64,000 nt of DNA from an uncultured bacterium (GTDB lineage: Bacteria; Oederibacteriota; JAAXVQ01; JAUVAV01): assembly GCA_963710755.1 (NCBI GenBank), contig CAVQBK010000003.1, forward strand, positions 1,120,001 through 1,184,000, read 5' to 3'. The notes below the pieces were generated by a model. It ran no database searches and was not told where the DNA came from. It saw only the letters and a program-made list of their open reading frames with translations. Shown piece after piece: positions 60,172 to 64,000 of this stretch (positions within the stretch are counted from its first letter, which is position 1; each line of letters begins with the position of its first letter). The translations under genes and the position numbers were made by a program.

Positions 60172-61167
60172 ATGGCTAAAATGTATTTTGATAAAGACGC
60201 TGATCTAAAGGTTTTGAAGGGCAGCACTGTGGCGATTATCGGTTACGGCAGCCAGGGTCATGCCCACTCGTTAAACTTGAAAGATTCTAAGGTCGACGTG
60301 GTGGTGGGATTGCGCAAGGAATCCAAATCCTGGATGATTGCGGAAAAAAGCGGGCTCAAGGTGATGACGCCTGATGCCGCCGCCAAAGCCGCGGACATCA
60401 TCATGATGCTGGTGCCCGACCAAATTCAGGCCAAGGTTTACAGGGAATCCATTGCGCCCAACCTTAAAAAAGGCAATGCTCTGGTGTTTGCCCATGGGTT
60501 CAATATCCATTTCAATCAAATTGTGCCACCCGCGGATGTGGATGTCTTTATGGCTGCTCCCAAGGGGCCAGGCCATATGGTTCGTCGCGTCTTTACTGAA
60601 GGGGGCGGGGTACCAGGTTTGGTGGCGGTTCATCAGGATGCCACCGGCAAAGCGCTGGCTACAGCATTGGCTTATGCCAAGGGCATCGGCTGTACCCGTG
60701 GGGGCGTGATGGAAACCACCTTCCGCGATGAGACGGAAACCGACTTATTCGGGGAGCAAGCAGTGCTGTGCGGTGGTGCCAGTGAACTGGTACGCGCAGG
60801 CTTTGACACGTTGGTGGAAGCGGGTTATCAACCGGAAAATGCTTATTATGAATGTCTGCACGAACTTAAACTGATCGTGGACTTAATGTACGAGGGCGGT
60901 ATTTCCGGTATGCGCTACAGTATTTCCGACACCGCCAAATATGGTGACATCACCCGTGGCAAAAGGGTGATTACCGAAGAGACTAGAAAAGAAATGAAAA
61001 AGATTCTCAAGGAAATCCAAAATGGGGAATTTGCCAAGGAATTCATCCTGGAAAATCAGGCCGGGTTGTCTTCCTTTACTGCCATTTTACGCAATGAAGC
61101 GGAACATCCCATTGAAATCGTGGGGAAAAAATTGCGGAGCATGATGGGTTGGCTGAAAAAGAAATAA
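60172..61167 (+). CDS. ilvC: Ketol-acid reductoisomerase
   Basis: [44 protein letters not shown]. Confidence 0.98.
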   Translation: MAKMYFDKDADLKVLKGSTVAIIGYGSQGHAHSLNLKDSKVDVVVGLRKESKSWMIAEKSGLKVMTPDAAAKAADIIMMLVPDQIQAKVYRESIAPNLKKGNALVFAHGFNIHFNQIVPPADVDVFMAAPKGPGHMVRRVFTEGGGVPGLVAVHQDATGKALATALAYAKGIGCTRGGVMETTFRDETETDLFGEQAVLCGGASELVRAGFDTLVEAGYQPENAYYECLHELKLIVDLMYEGGISGMRYSISDTAKYGDITRGKRVITEETRKEMKKILKEIQNGEFAKEFILENQAGLSSFTAILRNEAEHPIEIVGKKLRSMMGWLKKK

Positions 61168-61184
61168 GCCGTCATAATCGCGCC

Positions 61185-61901
61185 ATGAACTTAAAACAGG
61201 GACAAGGTGCGGCCGGCCCGGTGGCCAAAGCCGCGCCATATATCTTTATGGGTATAGAAATGACCATGGGCATCGTGGCCTTGCTGTTGGTCATTAATCA
61301 CCGATTAGCCTTGGCTGGTCAAATTATTTTATCAGCCATGATCATCGCAGGATCGGAATATCAATGGCGTCGGTATACCAAAGGCCCCAGCAGTTTTGAA
61401 GATGAGTTTTCAACCTTGAGCGACATATTCAGTTTTGCTGTTGTCCCTGGACTCTTAATTTATCAATTGGCCTTCCGGGGCTGGGGCGTGCTGGGCCTGA
61501 GCGCTGTGTTTATCCTGGTGTTTAGCGCCATGGTGAGATTGTCCCTATATCGCATCTATAATCCGATGACCGTCAAACGGGCTTATGTGGGACTACCCTT
61601 GATCATCAATGCGGCTTTTATCGCCTTATTGGCCCAGGTGCAGGACAGTGCCGGGGTTGCTCCTGATTACCGCTTGCTGCTCCTGGTGATCCTGACCGCC
61701 CTGAGCTTTTTATCGGTCAGTCCCATTCGGTATCCCAATCCTGCAGAACGGCCGAGCTTTTTGCTTATAGGGTTGCTGGCGGTAGCAGGGCTGTTTGTCC
61801 CCAGCGTCAGCCATCTGTTCAGTTGGGGCATGATGGGGATTTTGCTGGGGTATGTTTTATTGGCCCCTCTGATGACTGGGACCGCTGCCCTGGATGCATA
61901 A
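61185..61901 (+). CDS. PssA-like CDP-alcohol phosphatidyltransferase homologue with eroded catalytic motif
   Basis: LSDIFSFAVVP, AMVRLSLY, YVGLP, SVSPIRYP match PssA; DG..AR..G...D...D motif replaced by GSEYQWRR..SSFEDEFSTLSD. Confidence 0.75.
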   Translation: MNLKQGQGAAGPVAKAAPYIFMGIEMTMGIVALLLVINHRLALAGQIILSAMIIAGSEYQWRRYTKGPSSFEDEFSTLSDIFSFAVVPGLLIYQLAFRGWGVLGLSAVFILVFSAMVRLSLYRIYNPMTVKRAYVGLPLIINAAFIALLAQVQDSAGVAPDYRLLLLVILTALSFLSVSPIRYPNPAERPSFLLIGLLAVAGLFVPSVSHLFSWGMMGILLGYVLLAPLMTGTAALDA

Positions 61902-61937
61902 ACCTGACGATAAGATTGTCAGAGAGGAGTTAAGAAA

Positions 61938-63236
61938 ATGGCTAGAGCCATGACTATTGGAGAAAAAATCCTGGCCCATGGGGCCGGGAAAAAGGAAGTC
62001 AAACCCGATGATATTATTCTGGCCAAGGTGGATCTCTGCCTTGGCAACGACATCACGGCGCCCCTGGCTATCCAGGAATTTTACAGTCACGGGGGGAAAA
62101 AGGTGTTCGATCGCCACCGGGTTGTCTTGGTGCCTGATCATTTTACCCCCAATAAGGACATCAAATCAGCGGAGCAAGCCAAAATTTTACGGGAGTTTGC
62201 CAAAGCGCAAAAACTGACCTATTACTGGGATCAGGCTGAATGTGGTGTGGAACATGCTTTGGTACCGGAAAAAGGGGTGGTGGTTTCTGGTGATTTAATG
62301 ATCGGCGCTGATTCCCATACCTGCACCAACGGTGCCCTGGGAGCGTTTGCCACGGGCGTGGGCTCCACCGATCTGGCCGCAGCCATGCTTACCGGCAAAG
62401 CTTGGTTTCGCGTGCCCCATACCATCAAGCTTGTGTTTAAAGGAAGACTTCCCAAAGACGTCACGGCCAAGGATTTAATCCTGGCGGCCATTGGACGGTT
62501 GGGCGTGGATGGGGCCAATTACCGTGTGCTGGAATTCACCGGACCGGTCATCTCCAAACTTTCCATGGAGGGGCGCATGACCATGAGCAATATGGCCATT
62601 GAGGCCGGGGCCAAGGCCGGCATCATGGCGCCCGATGCCATTACCGAAGCCTATATGAAAAACCGGGCCCAGCGCCAACCCCGCTATTTTCAGTCCGATC
62701 CGGACGCGGTTTATGAGCGGGTGGAAGAATTTGATGTGAGCCATATGGAACCCATGGTAGCCAAACCCCACCTGCCCTCCAATGTAGCGCCGGTACGCGG
62801 CTGCAAAAACATTGTGATTGATCAGGTGGTAATCGGTTCCTGCACCAATGGCCGGATTGAAGATTTTCGCGCAGCCGCCAAATTATTAAAGGGCAAGACC
62901 GTGAGTCCGCGGGTGCGTACGCTGATTATTCCCGCCACACCGGCAGTGTGGAAGCAGGCCATGGACGAAGGACTGCTGGAAATATTTATCAATGCCGGTT
63001 GTATTATCTCGCCACCAACCTGCGGGCCTTGCCTGGGAGGCCATATGGGCATTTTAGCCAAAGGAGAAAAGGCGGTGGCCACAACCAATCGTAATTTTGT
63101 GGGCCGCATGGGTCATCCGGGAAGTGAAGTCTATTTGGCCTCGCCGGCCGTGGCTGCAGCCACGGCCATCAAGGGCCGTATTGCCGCACCGGAAGAAGTG
63201 CGCGGGGCGCACTGGAACCAGGGGGTGAAAAAATAA
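61938..63236 (+). CDS. leuC: 3-isopropylmalate dehydratase large subunit
   Basis: MTIGEKI, DHF, GADSHTCT, GSCTNGR, CGPCLG, STNRNF-like TTNRNF, LASP. Confidence 0.96.
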   Translation: MARAMTIGEKILAHGAGKKEVKPDDIILAKVDLCLGNDITAPLAIQEFYSHGGKKVFDRHRVVLVPDHFTPNKDIKSAEQAKILREFAKAQKLTYYWDQAECGVEHALVPEKGVVVSGDLMIGADSHTCTNGALGAFATGVGSTDLAAAMLTGKAWFRVPHTIKLVFKGRLPKDVTAKDLILAAIGRLGVDGANYRVLEFTGPVISKLSMEGRMTMSNMAIEAGAKAGIMAPDAITEAYMKNRAQRQPRYFQSDPDAVYERVEEFDVSHMEPMVAKPHLPSNVAPVRGCKNIVIDQVVIGSCTNGRIEDFRAAAKLLKGKTVSPRVRTLIIPATPAVWKQAMDEGLLEIFINAGCIISPPTCGPCLGGHMGILAKGEKAVATTNRNFVGRMGHPGSEVYLASPAVAAATAIKGRIAAPEEVRGAHWNQGVKK

Positions 63237-63733
63237 TGAAGTTCAAAGGCAAACTCTACAAATTCGGTCATGATGTGAACACCGATGAAATTATTCCAGC
63301 CCGATATTTAAATACGTCCAACGCCAAGGAATTGGCGGCCCATGTGATGGAAGACGCTGATCCTACCTTTCCTCAAAAGGTCAAAAAAGGGGATATTTTA
63401 GTGGCCGGCAGGAATTTCGGCTGCGGTTCTTCCCGGGAACATGCCCCTCTGGCCATTAAGACTGCCGGTGTGAGTTGTGTAATTGCGGAAAGCTTTGCTC
63501 GTATTTTTTACCGCAATGCCTTCAACATTGGGCTGCCTATTTTGGAATGTCCGCAAGCCGCCCGGGCTGCCAAAACCGGCGAGCAGCTGGAGGTGGATGC
63601 CGGCCAAGGGTTGATTAAGAATATGACCACCGGAAAATCTTATACCGCGGCACCCATTCCAGCTTTCATGCAGGAACTGGTAGCAGCCGGCGGGTTAATG
63701 AATTATGCCAAAAAGAAATTAGTGAAAAAATAG
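63236..63733 (+). CDS. leuD: 3-isopropylmalate dehydratase small subunit
   Basis: [32 protein letters not shown]. Confidence 0.96.
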   Translation: MKFKGKLYKFGHDVNTDEIIPARYLNTSNAKELAAHVMEDADPTFPQKVKKGDILVAGRNFGCGSSREHAPLAIKTAGVSCVIAESFARIFYRNAFNIGLPILECPQAARAAKTGEQLEVDAGQGLIKNMTTGKSYTAAPIPAFMQELVAAGGLMNYAKKKLVKK

Positions 63734-63884
63734 CTAAACGACCGCTAGATAAAGGTCTTTGATTTTATGACCCGTCCTCCCCAACCGGGGTGGAAAATTA
63801 TGGGGGGCAGCTGCATCCATTGAATAAGCGCCGTTAGGGGTGACCCTGAGGGGGCTATGGCTTAGGCCATGAAGGAGGAATCAC

Positions 63885-64000
63885 ATGAATAAAACGTACA
63901 AAATTGCAACCATTCCCGGGGACGGCACCGGACCTGAGGTGGTGGCGGAAGGTAAAAAAGTCCTGGCTGCTGTTGCCCAAAAGTTCGGCTTCAAACTGGA
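63885..64000 (+). CDS. leuB: 3-isopropylmalate dehydrogenase (5' part; runs off window end)
   Basis: AAGGAGG RBS; [23 protein letters not shown]; follows leuCD. Confidence 0.9.
   Translation, partial: MNKTYKIATIPGDGTGPEVVAEGKKVLAAVAQKFGFKL

Noticed and set aside
63779-63812. Further copy of the 42-bp repeat between leuD and leuB
   Set aside because: CCCCAACCGG..ATTATGGG is only partly similar; too degenerate to support.

Overview
Bacterial chromosomal window, about 50% GC by eye, from a diderm organism (lipoproteins, beta-barrel-like proteins). The lineage cannot be assigned without a search. Most of it is housekeeping: purN-purH-(PilZ)-purD-purE, class II ribonucleotide reductase nrdJ with two NrdR boxes, uppP, der-plsY-gpsA-IHF/HU-MerR-tRNA-Pro x2, acyP-rpoS-like-apt-tRNA-Arg, tRNA-Ala, and ilvD-ilvB-ilvN-ilvC-(pssA-like)-leuC-leuD-leuB (partial). 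Interspersed are accessory and signalling genes: scattered Tad/Flp pilus genes, four stand-alone PilZ proteins, two GAF-HD-GYP proteins, a Cys/Trp-domain PAS histidine kinase, an ODP-type di-iron protein with two roadblock/LC7 paralogues, Usp proteins and an AT-rich segment (~18.3-22.5 kb). The most unusual non-coding signal is a 42-bp repeat family that contains the tRNA-Pro 3' end. It forms a 7.5-copy tandem array behind tRNA-Pro(GGG), recurs behind tRNA-Pro(CGG) and at two distant intergenic sites, and has an 11-6-11 dif/Xer-like layout plus a GCGAAGC mini-hairpin. Other candidates are a ~180-nt four-way-junction RNA upstream of purN, two sigma54-type promoters (one before a long hairpin, one before a 59-aa ORF), and several apparently inactivated enzyme or regulator homologues (ECF sigma, nucleotidyltransferase-Cas2-like, PssA). 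Several genes carry single-base frameshifts, which may be long-read or MAG consensus errors. No CRISPR array, integrase, transposase or rRNA was seen. All protein calls come from motif recognition, not database searches.
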